Positions 25,004-37,390 of a stretch of DNA of 64,000 nucleotides are shown piece after piece. The stretch's first letter is position 1; the number at the start of each line of letters is the position of its first letter. Below the pieces are notes generated by a model. That model ran no database searches. It saw only the letters and a list, made by a program, of their open reading frames with translations, and was not told where the DNA came from. The DNA is from Lepidodermella squamata (taxonomy: Eukaryota > Animalia > Gastrotricha). The DNA lies in assembly GCA_047495785.1 (NCBI GenBank), contig JBLDXI010000019.1, forward strand, positions 2,790,001 through 2,854,000. The letters run 5' to 3'. The position numbers and the translations under genes are program-made.

Positions 25004-26168
25004 ATGTCTTACGATCCAGACGACAAATTCACGTTTTACTACCTTCAAGGGTGAGCCAATTCTCGATGCCGATATTTGCAGTATAAAATATGGGACATTT
25101 TTAGGTACGCGCGTGGTGAAGTGAGCCGGTATATTCTGTATTACAACAAGGTCTCGTTCGATGACAGTAGAGTTCTGTTCCGGAACTGGCCTGGCTTTAA
25201 ACGGAGTAAGTTCACCTAGTTCCTCAAAATTTATTTTTAAATTCTAATCTTCTTTAAGAAACCCCTTTGGGACAGCTGCCGTGGTTGAGGATTCTTCACA
25301 GTGATGGTTCGCGATCCGAGGTTATTCAGAGTGGGGCTATTGTCCGATATCTGGCCAACCGATACGGAATGGCTGGCCGAAATGCCCTTGAAGCTGCTTT
25401 AATTGACGAATGCTATGAAAGGTACAAGCCTAGATAGGTATTTTGTCCATAATTTCACTAAAATTGTTTTGTTACAGCGTCAGCGAATTGCAAGTACAGT
25501 CTGCTCAAGCACTATTCGTGTTTGACGAAAAGAAACGGGTAAAACGAATTGTGAATCTGACTAATGTCAAGCTATAAGTATATTCTTCTTTTCAGGAGAA
25601 AGAATTGAAAAAGTGCCTGGATCGAGTTCCTATCGTTCTGGGTCATGTCGACAAACGCTTGAAGGAAAATGGCGGGAACTTCATCGTTGGCAACAGCGTA
25701 AGTTTCAAAAGGTCCAAAAGGTCCAAAAAGTCACAGATAAGCAGAAAAGTGGGCTTAGATTAAGGACCGATGGGCTCTGAAACCGATCAACACTGATCAG
25801 CAAAGGGGATTAATAGGAGATTTCATAAAAACCTAGACTCGGGATAATCGGAAGAAATACTGTTATCATTCATCTGCTTTTTCTTTCAGTTTTCTTATGC
25901 TGACTTGTCCGTTTGTGTTCTACTGGACGTACTGCGTCTCGGCGATCACGAAGACATGCGAGTTGCGGTCGAAAGCAACTACCCTGGCCTCATCGCTATG
26001 GACCGACGTTTCCGAGAGACAGAAGGCATCAAGGCCTATTTGAGCTGGCGGCCGGCTGACTACATATTCACCTTTCTGAAAAAAGTTCGCTCTGTTGGAG
26101 CTTTCTTCCTCAACGTCAAACGCTGCTGTTGCTGCTGCTGTAACAGGAAAAAAGTCGACGACGTTTAA
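25004..26168 (+). CDS. Glutathione S-transferase (sigma/pi-like) copy 2, 6 exons, poly-Cys tail
   Basis: MSYDPDDKFTFYYLQG|YARGE...TPLGQLPW...IQSGAIVRYLA...FSYADL; GT-AG introns in phase; ends KRCCCCCCNRKKVDDV. Confidence 0.92.
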
Positions 26169-26543
26169 CAAACTTTGCTGTATGAAAATATCGTGCCCAC
26201 CTTTTTTGGAAATAAACTGGATTTTTGACATCATCGATCAAGCAAAAAGCGTATCGATCTTTTCGCATGTTGGCAACGCTCATTTTTGCCCCACATAATG
26301 AATGGATAGTTTTTATTGGACGCATTACTACTATATTATATATGTTTGCGTAAAATGCCGCTACTAAGTATACTCATCGCGACACCTGGAGAGTTGTAAA
26401 GAGCTTAGAGTATTCATGCATGCCGGCCATTGAGAAATAATGTCCGCAAAACTGGGTTAAGAGGTTTTGGACACGCGACTTCGCACACAATTCTCTTTTA
26501 CTTTTACAAAAGGTGTTATAAAGTGTTGTAGCTTTTAAGTGAG

Positions 26544-27559
26544 ATGGCATATGACGAGTCGGATAAATTTACTCTATACTACTTGCAAGGGTGATATTTC
26601 GGTTCAATCTATCGCTGCACATTTTGTTCAACTCCTGATTCGCAGATATGGCCGCGGTGAAGTCATTCGATACATCTTCTACTACAACAAAATTCCCTTC
26701 GATGACCATCGCATTCTGTTCCGAAACTGGATGAAGTTTAAGAAGAGTAAGACTTAATCTTGCAGCGAATGACTCAAAGCTGAATTGTTCAATGAATAGC
26801 CACGCCACTTGGCCAAGTCCCTTGGTTGAAAGTTGAACATAGCGACGGAACTGTTACAGATTTTGTTCAAAGTGGAGCGATTGTTCGCTACCTGGCTAAA
26901 CGCTACGGCATGGCTGGTAAAAATCCCGTTGAAGAAGCTCTGATTGACGAATGCTTTGAAAGGTAAGATGAGAAACCCTGGGATTCGCGTCATTTTTTAC
27001 TATTTTAAAATCGAAGCAATCAGGAACTACTGAACCAATCTGCGGAGGCGTTTTTTCACCCTAATAATCAGATAAAGGTTCGACTCGTGATTATGTTACA
27101 TAGTATGTAAATGCATAAGTTTGCTTTTGTATAGGAGGAGCAAATGAAGAAGTCTTTTGATCGCGCTCCTGTAGTTTTCGGACTCATGGAACAGCGACTC
27201 GTAGAGAATGGAGGAAAGTTTTTGGTCGGAAATACCGTGAGCTTTCTATAATCCTAAAATGTATCCGATAAAGGACTCTCTTTTCTCTCAAGTTCACTTA
27301 TGCTGATCTTGCTGTATGCGCTCTGCTTGATATTCTGCGCCTCGACGATTTCCGAGAAATGCGCAAGATTTTAGAGAGCGGCTACCCAGGTTTGATAGCT
27401 ATGGACAAGCGTTTCCGCGAAACTGACGGCATCAAAGCTTATCTGAGCTGGCGCCCGGCCGACTACATCATCACATTCCGCAAGAAATTGGTCGCTCTCA
27501 GTAAAGTCGTTCACTGCTTGAAGACATGCTGTTGCTGCGGAAATCGCAAGCGACGCTAA
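26544..27559 (+). CDS. Glutathione S-transferase copy 3, 6 exons, poly-Cys tail
   Basis: MAYDESDKFTLYYLQG|YGRGE...PLGQVPW...VQSGAIVRYLA; ends CLKTCCCCGNRKRR. Confidence 0.92.
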
Positions 27560-28226
27560 CGAGGCAGGATTGTTCTAACCTTAATGCTTAACTTCAAGGC
27601 CATTAACCATTTGTTGTGTTTTTTAATGAAAATTGTTTTGAACTATGCCTTTTATTTTAAAATAAACTTAGCTGATTTCATCTATAGCTGGAGCAAACCT
27701 GTTTTTCGCGAGGTTAAGCGATAATTACCGTAAATTGGGGAAAAAAAACCCCCTGGTTTTTCGCTTTTGTATACGTTTCAGAGGGTCATGATTCAGATTT
27801 TATAGGAAGCTGAATTAGCACCAATTTTTCCACCGGGTACACATAGCAACTTCTAGTCCTACTTTTATTGTAGGGGTTCACATAGCCTTGAACTTTTTTG
27901 TTCAGACTTGAAAATCATCAGCATCCATTTTGTTATAGTAGAAAATGCGATGCATAAATGAGCTTTACTTATCTAAAAGCAAAAGCTCTCCCTTCAGCTA
28001 TCTTGATATATTACTGCCGTGGCTTGATAATATCGGTGTGGTTTGAGCCGTACGTGTCGTACTAAAAAAAACTTCATAATCGAGAGTAAAGAGAGATATA
28101 AGCTCAGAAATAAAAACACCCTGGGGCAATTATTCCATTAAGCTTTTTAGCCTAAATTGCAAGTACAAATTGCAAGTATTTTCCCGGCTTCCCAGGCACA
28201 ACGTTTAATTTTCCACTGCTCCTGAA

Positions 28227-29870
28227 ATGACTTACGACGAATCCGACAAATTTACCTTATACTACTTTCAAGGGTTTGTTTTCCAATCATATTCGTTCTA
28301 TGATTTTTATTTCGATAATTATGACGCAGATATGGCCGCGGTGAGCACATCCGTTACATGTTCTACTACAACAAGGTCAAGTTCGAAGACTATCGCATTC
28401 CGTTCAGGCAGTGGATATTCACTTTTAAAAGAAGTATAATTTAATTGCCCGTTCATTTTCACTAATTCAGGTTAACCAAAATAAAAGGTACCCCTATGTT
28501 TCAAGTTCCATGGTTGAAAATTGAGCATAGCGACGGAACTCGGACCGATTTGATACATAATGGTGCAATCATGCGCTATCTAGCTAAACGATACGGCATG
28601 GCTGGCAGGAACAAAGTCGAAGAGGCAACCATTGACGAATGCTTCGAGAGGTAGTAACTGCATGCAATAATTGCTTTAGCATCCTTCTTTTTTTCATTTA
28701 CAGCTTGAAGGACTTTCTCGACCAGTATTTAGATGCGTTTTTCCAAGCTGACGAACAAAAAAAGGTTGAGAATTTAATGGTCTTTCGATCAAACTTTGAC
28801 AAAATTATACTTTTTTCGAAATTTATTATCTATAGGCAATTGATTTGCGAAAGTGCTCCGATCGAATTCCGATAGTCTTCGGCTTCTTGGATGGGCGTTT
28901 ACAAGAGAATGGTGGGAAATATTTGGTTGGAAACAATGTAAGTCCTTTGTAACGTTATATAACACAGCTATTTACTATATAAACTTTTCGAAAATTCAGG
29001 TAAATAATTGCGGTTAAATCGTCATTTATGCATTAATGAAAGATGTTTCAAATAGCCCAAAATCAGGTAAAATGTAAAATCCATAAAAAAAATTCTGATG
29101 TCACCTGATACAAATTGCAGTGTTGTATGAAATATCGTACCGAATCGGGACAAACCTTGAATCCTCAAAACATGGAGTTGTCCAACATTGCCCTGCATTA
29201 AGGGTTTGGATCGAAAGAAAATTGCAAACGTTCTTTTGTCTTTAAAGATTAGAATGGGTGATCGTGGCGGGCTCGTTTTCCTAGCACACGTAGCTCTCAC
29301 GTATGCGGCTGACGGCAGGTAAATTTAGCTATTATCGGGTCGCTCATTGCTGCGTAACAAATATTGAAAATGTACACTTTTCGATCACAACCCTGCTTAT
29401 GAAGGAAAATTTAACTTTGCAATTTTTCCATGTTTTTCTAAAAGGTCAAAATTATGAGGCATGATAATTGTATTCTTGGTTTGTCTGAGTTCCGGGTTTA
29501 CCTTTTTGTTCAAATTTCGTATTCCCTGAGGTTCAAACCTCAAACATACTCAAAACTTGTTATTTTTTTCCAGTTCACGTACGCCGATCAGATGCTTTTC
29601 CTCTTTTTCGACATCCTTCGAATCGGCGATACAGAAGACATGAGGCTTCAAATCGAAGGCGACTACCCTAGTCTCGTAGCCTTGGACAAGCGATTCCGAG
29701 AAACCGAAAGCGTAGCCGAGTATTTACGCCGTCGACCGGCCGATTACTTATTCACCTTCCGCAAGCGCCTAGTCCGCTACGGTCCATGGTTCGAATATGC
29801 GTTTCGCTTAATCCGATTTTACCGCAAATTCGCCGCGGCACTGAAGCGAATAATATTTTTCTGGAGATAA
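28227..29870 (+). CDS. Glutathione S-transferase copy 4, 6 exons, basic/aromatic tail
   Basis: MTYDESDKFTLYYFQG|YGRGE...PMFQVPW...IHNGAIMRYLA; last exon from 29574, ending AAALKRIIFFWR. Confidence 0.9.
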
Positions 29871-30766
29871 ATCTTGCAAAAAATTATGAAATAATAATGT
29901 CAAATAAAAAATTGAATGCTTTGCAAATCTTGTTTCGCTCAATCGATCGGGCGATAGAAGGGTTCCTGAAATTTGAGATAGATTTAATCTTGAATTCTTT
30001 CGGTTTTTAGCTGGAGAAGCTTCGTTTGGTCCGGAATAAGAATTTGACGATAATAGAAAACCTGGACGTTGAAAGCTGAGACGAAGTTCTGGATATTCAC
30101 CATAACTATGTTTCTGCCAGTCCGAGAGCACTGGTCTTTATCGTTGCGCAACCCTTTGGAATTTTAGAATTTTTTAGGAAAAACAATTCATTTTGAAACT
30201 GAGTCCACTTGGGGAATCTTCCATCCTTTATCTACGATCTAACTGAAGAAATAAAAAATTTACCGGAGATAAGCCCGATGGTAACTGGTTCCGTAATTTT
30301 CGGTTTTTACCTGGTTGGATTAAGCAAGGAATTGAGGATTTCCATTAGCTTTCATCAGTTTTCTTGAGATTTCCTGGAAATTTAGAAAGTTGGCAAAATC
30401 TCACTTATCAATTGTTTGCGGTCATTTAGTTGTTTAGTCTCGGCATTCCTTTCTTGTAGTAAAAATTCCGTAGCAGGCATGAAGCATAATATATGAGCAT
30501 CACTTATCACTTATCTATCGCAATGGCTCTTCTTTCAGCTACTATGTACATATTATTATAGCGCCGTGGGTCGATAATATGCGCGTTTTTTTCATGCGGC
30601 ATAGTAAAAAAAGCTTCATTGACGAGTGTATAGAGCGTAAGCTCAATAGTAAAAATACTCCAGGCAATTTTTTCACAAAGCTTTTATTTAGCCTCGATTC
30701 CGAGTACATATTAGTTGTACATTTACCGGCATTTTTTGCCACATCATTTTATTTTCTACATTTAAA

Positions 30767-32873
30767 ATGAGTTACGATGAATGCGACAAATTTACCCTGT
30801 ACTACTTCCAAGGGTTTGTTTTCCCATAATCTTGGTTCTATGATTTTATCATTTTTCGATTAATTATAACGCAGATATGGCCGTGGTGAGCACATTCGTT
30901 ACATGTTCTACTACAACAAGGTCAAGTTCGAAGACTTTCGCATTCCGTTTAGGCAGTGGATAATGAACTTTAAAAGAAGTAAAATTTATTTGCCGCTCAT
31001 TTATTCTAATTCAGATGACCAATTTAAAAAAAGGAGCCCCAATGTTTCAAGTTCCATGGTTGAAAATTGAGCACGGCGATGGAACTCGGACCGATTTGAT
31101 ACAAAATGGTGCAATCATGCGATATCTGGCTAAACGGTACGGCATGGCAGGGAGAAACAAATTTGAGGAGGCAATCATTGACGAATGCTTCGAGAGGTAG
31201 GAATTTCAATCAAGTTGCGTCTTTTCGATATATTTCGATAAATACACAGCTTGAAGGACTTTCTCGACCAGTCTGCAGATGCGTTTTTCCAAGCTGATGA
31301 ACGAAAAAAGGTTGAGCCTTGAATGGCTTTTCGCAATCACTGATAACATGTTATTTCATACAAAATCTAGGCAGCTGATTTGCAAAGGTGCTGCGACCGA
31401 ATTCCGATAGTCTACGGCTTCTTGGAAGCGCGCCTGCAAGAGAATGGCGGGAAATATTTGGTTGGAAACAATGTGAGTCGCCAGTTCAAGTTCTTTTTCA
31501 GCCATTTTATTCTAAATTTTAAATTCAAGTTTTAAAAAAATTTATATAAAATGTTGGACCTTTTTTCTAAAGCAATAGTCTGGGAAATCCAAGATCCGGG
31601 AATCAAATTTGCTTAATTTTGGCAATTTTGCAATTTAAGGGTCGATAAAGCTGAAAAAGACCAAGATGCTATCTCGTGTATGCAGATGAGTGCCCAAAAT
31701 TATTATCTGCTTATTTTCTGAATTTGGTAAATTTCGACAAAAATAATGTAAAATTCGTAAACTCGACAATTAATTTTAAATTTTTTCTTGTCACCTATTT
31801 TGAATAAAAATGTATCTAATTATTTGCCAATTTAGCAATTTAGAAGGCATTATAAATGTGTCCTAACAGCTATTTACTAATAATTGCTCAAAAATAAAAA
31901 ATATTTTTTAACCTAAAAACATGGCGTCGGCCAAAATCAAAAACTACCCAGCATAAAAGAAATTAGCTTCGCAACGTTTTCAATATTTTCCCCCGAATTG
32001 TCCAAAATATATGGATTGCTTTGTTCGCGTTCTAGGTTTCCTAATCCTCCGAATTCTCCAAGTCTCTAAAAATCTTGAACTCTAACCGACCTACAGGGTG
32101 GCCAACAAATTCTGCAGAAGGCGAATTCGATGCACATCATTTTAATGAGGAGTATCAAGAAATTGAGGAGTCCCATTGGCAAAAGAATACTTGAAATTCT
32201 TAAACTTTTTAAAACTGTTCATTAAATTGATGCGCATCGAATTCGCCTTCTGCGGAATGTTTGGCCAGCCTGTAGGTCGGATGTAGGTCGGATAGCTAAA
32301 TTTACCGGAAAAAACTCCGAAAACCCCGATGGTACCTGGTTCGGTAATTTTCGGTATTTTATCAGGTTGGACCAAATTTCTCGGGACTTTTTTCATTCCA
32401 TCAACAAGTGAAATAATTGATTATTATTCTCGTGCTTTTTTGAATTTTTCCAAAATCGAATTGAAATTCCTGCGTTTTTAAACGAGTTGCTGGACTAATT
32501 TAGTCTAATCAAACTAGTGCCGAGTATATTCTTGACTCCTATGTTGACATTTTTTAGTGTAATCTTATTTTTTCAGTTCACGTACGCCGATCTGATGCTG
32601 TTCCTTATCTTCGACATCATTCGAATTGGAGATTTAGAAGAAATGCGGCGTCAAATCGAAGGCAACTATCCCGGTCTCGTAGCCTTGGACAAGCGATTCC
32701 GCGAAACCGAAGGCGTAGCCGAGTATTTACGACGCCGACCGGCCGATTACCTATTCATATTCCGCAAGCGCCTGGTCTGCTACGGTCCATGGTTTCAATA
32801 CGCCTTTCGCTTAATCCGATTTTACCGCAAATTCGTCTCCACGCTGAAGCGAATTATATTTTTCTGGAGATAA
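30767..32873 (+). CDS. Glutathione S-transferase copy 5, 6 exons, basic/aromatic tail
   Basis: Near-duplicate of copy 4; PMFQVPW...IQNGAI; ends VSTLKRIIFFWR. Confidence 0.9.
32094..32272. mobile_element. Tc1/mariner-type MITE in GST5 intron 5
   Basis: TA-CAGGGTGGCCAA...TTGGCCAGCCTG-TA; ~55-bp imperfect TIRs (gcagaaggcgaattcgatgc / gcatcgaattcgccttctgc). Confidence 0.85.
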
Positions 32874-33702
32874 CTCTTGCAAAAGCTTCGCAAATTAAGA
32901 GGTAGAAATAATGTGAAATAAATAAATTGAATACTTTGCGAACGTTTTTTCATTCAATCGATCGGAAGAGAAAGGTGTTCCTAAAATCTAAGCCGTGCAA
33001 GATTGTTTGAATCTTGAAATCTTTCAGTTTTTGGCTGGGAAGCATGCTTCGTTATGTCTGGAAAAAGAATTTGGCGAGAAAAACCTAGATGTAGAAAGCC
33101 AGCGAAGCTTTTGAGATACAAAAGCTGCCTCCATGGACCACAAAGCTGGTTCTTCCCGGTCGCTGGTCTTTGCCGTAGTTTTAGAAACTGTTTTTTTAAT
33201 TAAGCTCACGTGGCGAATCTTCCATCCTTTATCAATGATTTCACCGGGAAATTACAAATTTACCGGAGGAAACTCTGAAAACCCAACTATTTCGGTAATT
33301 TTCGGTTTTTACCTAGTCGGATAAAAAAATTTCGGATTTTTACGCAGTTCGATTCGCCAAAGACATACTATTCTAACGGCATTTTAGATTTTTCTAAGAT
33401 TTTTCTTGCCATTTTTCTCATTTTCTTATAATCCCTTTTCCGTTCCTTTGTTTGCTTTACTTTTGGGACAAGCTTTATTTCAGGTTAAATGTTGGCTACT
33501 GAAAAATAGGATCACGAATGAAGCACGGACATTATTCCTACGTCGTAAACTACAATTTCTTTAAGGCCATGTCAGGGTCAAAAAAAAACTGAATGGAAAA
33601 ATTATCGCGTGCATCAACTTTTTACAAAAGGCTACAAATTGAATTTTTTCAGAATCAAAATATTGAAATTTTCAGCGTCATTCTTTTTTCACTACCTCGG
33701 AA

Positions 33703-35078
33703 ATGAATTACGACAACTCAGACAAATTCATTTTGTACTACTTCCAAGGGTTTGATTCTAATTAAAATCTTAATCTGGGTCATGTTCGATTAATTATCGC
33801 AGGTATGGCCGCGGTGAAATCATCCGTTACATTTTCTACTACAACAAGGTCAAGTTCGAAGACTTTCGCATTCCCTTCAGGCAATGGATGGAATACAAAA
33901 AAAGTGAAGCTGCCAGTAGTGTTTCGCCAATTTCAAATAATTTATTGTTATTTAATTAAAGAGGCCCCCTTGGGTCAAGTTCCGTGGTTGAAAATCGAGC
34001 ATAGCGATGGAACTAAGACCGATCTGGTTCAAAGTGGTGCCATTATTCGCTACCTATGCAAACGATTCGGCATGGCTGGTAGGAACAAAGTCGAAGAGGC
34101 AATGATTGACGAATGCTACGAGAGGTTCGAACTTCACGAGTTGCGTCTTGCTGATTTTTTTTTCGATAATTTTTACAGCTTGAAGGAGTTTCTCGACAAT
34201 GCTGCAAATGCGTTCTTCCAAGCTGACGAACGAAAAAAGGTTGAGAATTTGGTGGCTTTTCAATGACTGATAAAATTTCATTATATTTCCACAATTTCTG
34301 TCCAGAAAATTGAATTGGAGAAAGTCTACGCTCGAATCCCGATAGTCTACGGCTTCTTAGAAGGGCGCCTAAAGGAAAATGGCGGGCAATTTTTGGTTGG
34401 ATCCAATGTGAGTACCTAGCTGAAGTTCTTTTTTCAGCTATTAATTGAATTTTTAATGAACAAGGTTTAAAAGGTTTTATAGAAATAATAATGTTGGACC
34501 TTTTTCTAAAGCAATAGTCTGGGGAGATTTATATCCAAAAACAGGATTTTTTCAATAAATCATCGCACAATTAGGGTGTCAATCGGATGACCTTAATATC
34601 GCAAAATTACTAATATTTGTTTAAAAATGAGGCCTTTAAGGGTCAATAAAAATTGAAAGGTCACGATGCTATTTCATATGCAAATGAGTTTCCTAAGTAT
34701 CTGCAAATTTTCCGAATTTGATAAATTTCGTAAATCGCAAATTTCAAAAAGTGTCTCTACATTTCTGCCAATTTTTTCCAGTTCACGTACGCCGATCTGA
34801 TGGTGTGCCTTCTCTTCGACATTGTACGAATCGGAGACACCGAAGACATGAGAATTCAAGTCGAAGCCAAATACCCTAGTCTCGTAGCCTTGGACAAGCG
34901 ATTTCGCGAAACCGAAGGTATGGCCGAGTATTTACGCTGGCGACCGGCCGATTTTCTGTTCACCTTCCGCAAACGCCTCATCCGCTACGGTCCACTGATC
35001 CGTTACGCCATGCGCTTTACCCGATTTATCGGCAAAATTTTCCGAGCTTTGAAGCGAATCATTTTCTTCTGGAAATAA
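33703..35078 (+). CDS. Glutathione S-transferase copy 6, 6 exons, basic/aromatic tail
   Basis: MNYDNSDKFILYYFQG|YGRGE...APLGQVPW...VQSGAIIRYLC; ends IFRALKRIIFFWK. Confidence 0.92.
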
Positions 35079-35170
35079 CAATTCCACGGTTGAATTAAAC
35101 GTTTATTTCAAAAAAGCGCAAACACGTGATAAGAATGGGGCGAGAAATAAATTCGAATAAAAAATGCTAA

Positions 35171-37390
35171 TCAACGGCTGTGAATTTTGACCTTGAAATG
35201 AGGTGGTTTGTGAATAACAGCATCATCGCTATCTTCCCATTCAATTTCTTTCGTGATCAGCTCGAATGAAAACCGATGCAGTATCGCTGCGAGGAAGATG
35301 AAGTATTCGACGCGGGCCAGGGCTTCGCCGAGGCAGATTCGAGGACCAAGGCCGAAAGGCATGAAATGGCTCGAGTGGCTGAGTAGTTTGCCGTTTTCGT
35401 CGAGGAAACGCTCGGGTGAGAACTCTTCAGGGTTGCCCCAGTAGGCCTTGTCATGGTGCAGACCGGCCAGATTGTACATAACCAGAGTATTCGGCGGAAC
35501 ATCATAACCTGAAATAGAAAAGTAAGTTTTTTTTAGAAATTTCAAATTTCAAACAAAATTCTAAAAATTTAAATCAAATTTCCAAGGTGTCTAAAACATT
35601 TCATACAAATTTTTAAAATTTTCAAAAATAAATTCGAAATTTCAAACTTCAACTACAATTAGAAAAAAATTCGAAAATATTGAACAAATTTAAAATTTGA
35701 AAATTTGTAAAAATTTAAATTTTCAATTTTCATAAAGTTGGACATACCTGATAATGTAGCATGTTCATCGAGGTTGGTGTGAAACAAAGACAGCGGTACC
35801 AAATTAGCATGTCGCAGGACTTCATACATGACCGCATCTAGGTAGGTCAAATGAGCCCGATCTGCCAGCGTAGGCATGCGATCCGATTCAATGACCGCAT
35901 CCAGCGCTTCGTGACACTTTTGCTGAATTTTCGGGTATTTCGATAGGTAGAACAAGGTCCAAGCCAAGCCATGTGCCGTAGTGTCGGTGCCGGCCAGAAA
36001 CATGTCACCCATGACCGTGGCGAAATCGTACAAATTGATCGGATCGCCCTCTTTTTCCGCTTGAATGAACAAATCCGGGAAGTCGCGGATATTTTCCGAG
36101 TCAAAGTCAGGCCGGTGATCTTCAATCGCTTTGCCGAGTTGATTTTCCATCAATTTAATAAATTCGATGTCAGTTTTGACCTGAGATGGCGTTGCGACGT
36201 ATTGAAGCCATGGAATTAGAAGAAAGGCCTGCTGTTCCACGGTAGTTTGGCCGGTTAGGTTTTTCAGAACATCGATTATGTAGACAAAGGTTTTATCGTC
36301 ACGGTCGAATCGCCTGCCGAGCACAAGAGAGCTGATGACGTTGCCAACGGCGTTCGTCAAAACATTTGCAGGGTCGATTAATTCGCTATTTTTCGCCGTT
36401 ACTTCCAAATCAGCCAACAGGAACCGGCATTCTTCTTGAATTTTTTCAACCATCGCTTCACGACCCATGCCTGCAAAATTATGAATGTAAATTAAACCAA
36501 TTTTTCTCAAATTTTCCGTTTGGGATTATTTTTGAATATTCCATTTTTATTTTATACATTTTATTTTTAATATTTTCAAATTAAATCATTGAGTTTAATC
36601 AAATTCCATTCAATTTCAAAATCGACTTTGAAAAAATCAAAGCCATTGATCATCGATTATCGATTATCGACTATTGATTTATCAGAGTCACGTTCCAATT
36701 TTTGATATTTCTTAGATGATTTTCATCAAAATCGAACTTAATTACTGATTGATTATCGATTATCGATCGATAGCCAATCGATCAAAATCAGTGCATTAGG
36801 ATTTTTTATATGCCGGATGTTTTTCCGAGTGAATTATATTTGTTTTTATTTTACACTAAGATTCACTAATTTGATCGCCTCTTTTGGAATCTTTTTTAGT
36901 CAATTGTTATTAATATTAAAAATTTCCAATTTCAATATCATTTTGAGAATTAATTTTAGGATTTTTAGCACTTACCGAAGTCCCGCATCGCCTTAAGACC
37001 AAATCGCCGATTTTTGCGCCACCTGTCATGGTTAGCAAATGCGATGCCCTCGTGAAGTTTGCTACAGCCAGGAATGCGCAGATCAAACCGCCAGCTGAAG
37101 GTTTTCGCCTGCTCGACGAGCGCCTCATGAATCACCTTAGGGCTGTTGAGCGTAATCATGCGTATCGGGCCAAAGTAGAACGTGTAAATTGGGCCGTACT
37201 TCTCGACCAATTTCGCCAGTGATCGCCACAACTTAGGCTTCCGGCGATCTCGTCCTAGTAGGTACAAACCGCCGATGTAGGGTAAAGGCAGCGGGCCGGG
37301 TGGGAGGCGGAATTTTCGGTCGAAAATAAAACCTTTCCAGCCGAATAATACAGTGGCAATAGCGATAATTCCAGCAATAACTGCAAGCAT
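35171..37390 (-). CDS. Cytochrome P450, CYP2 clan (intact, 3 exons)
   Basis: Exons 37390-36976, 36470-35748, 35508-35171; PPGP, WRKNRR, FLAGTDTT, EVLR, PERF, FGLGPRICLG; same intron positions as 20349-21924. Confidence 0.95.

Larger units (their letters stand above)
27920..33330 (+). repeat. Tandem segmental duplication of GST4 and GST5 with flanks (~27920-30330 vs ~30470-33330)
   Basis: Similar upstream (agctctcccttcagcta / ggctcttctttcagcta) and downstream (aatcttccatccttta...cggtaattttcggtttttacct) non-coding blocks. Confidence 0.7.
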
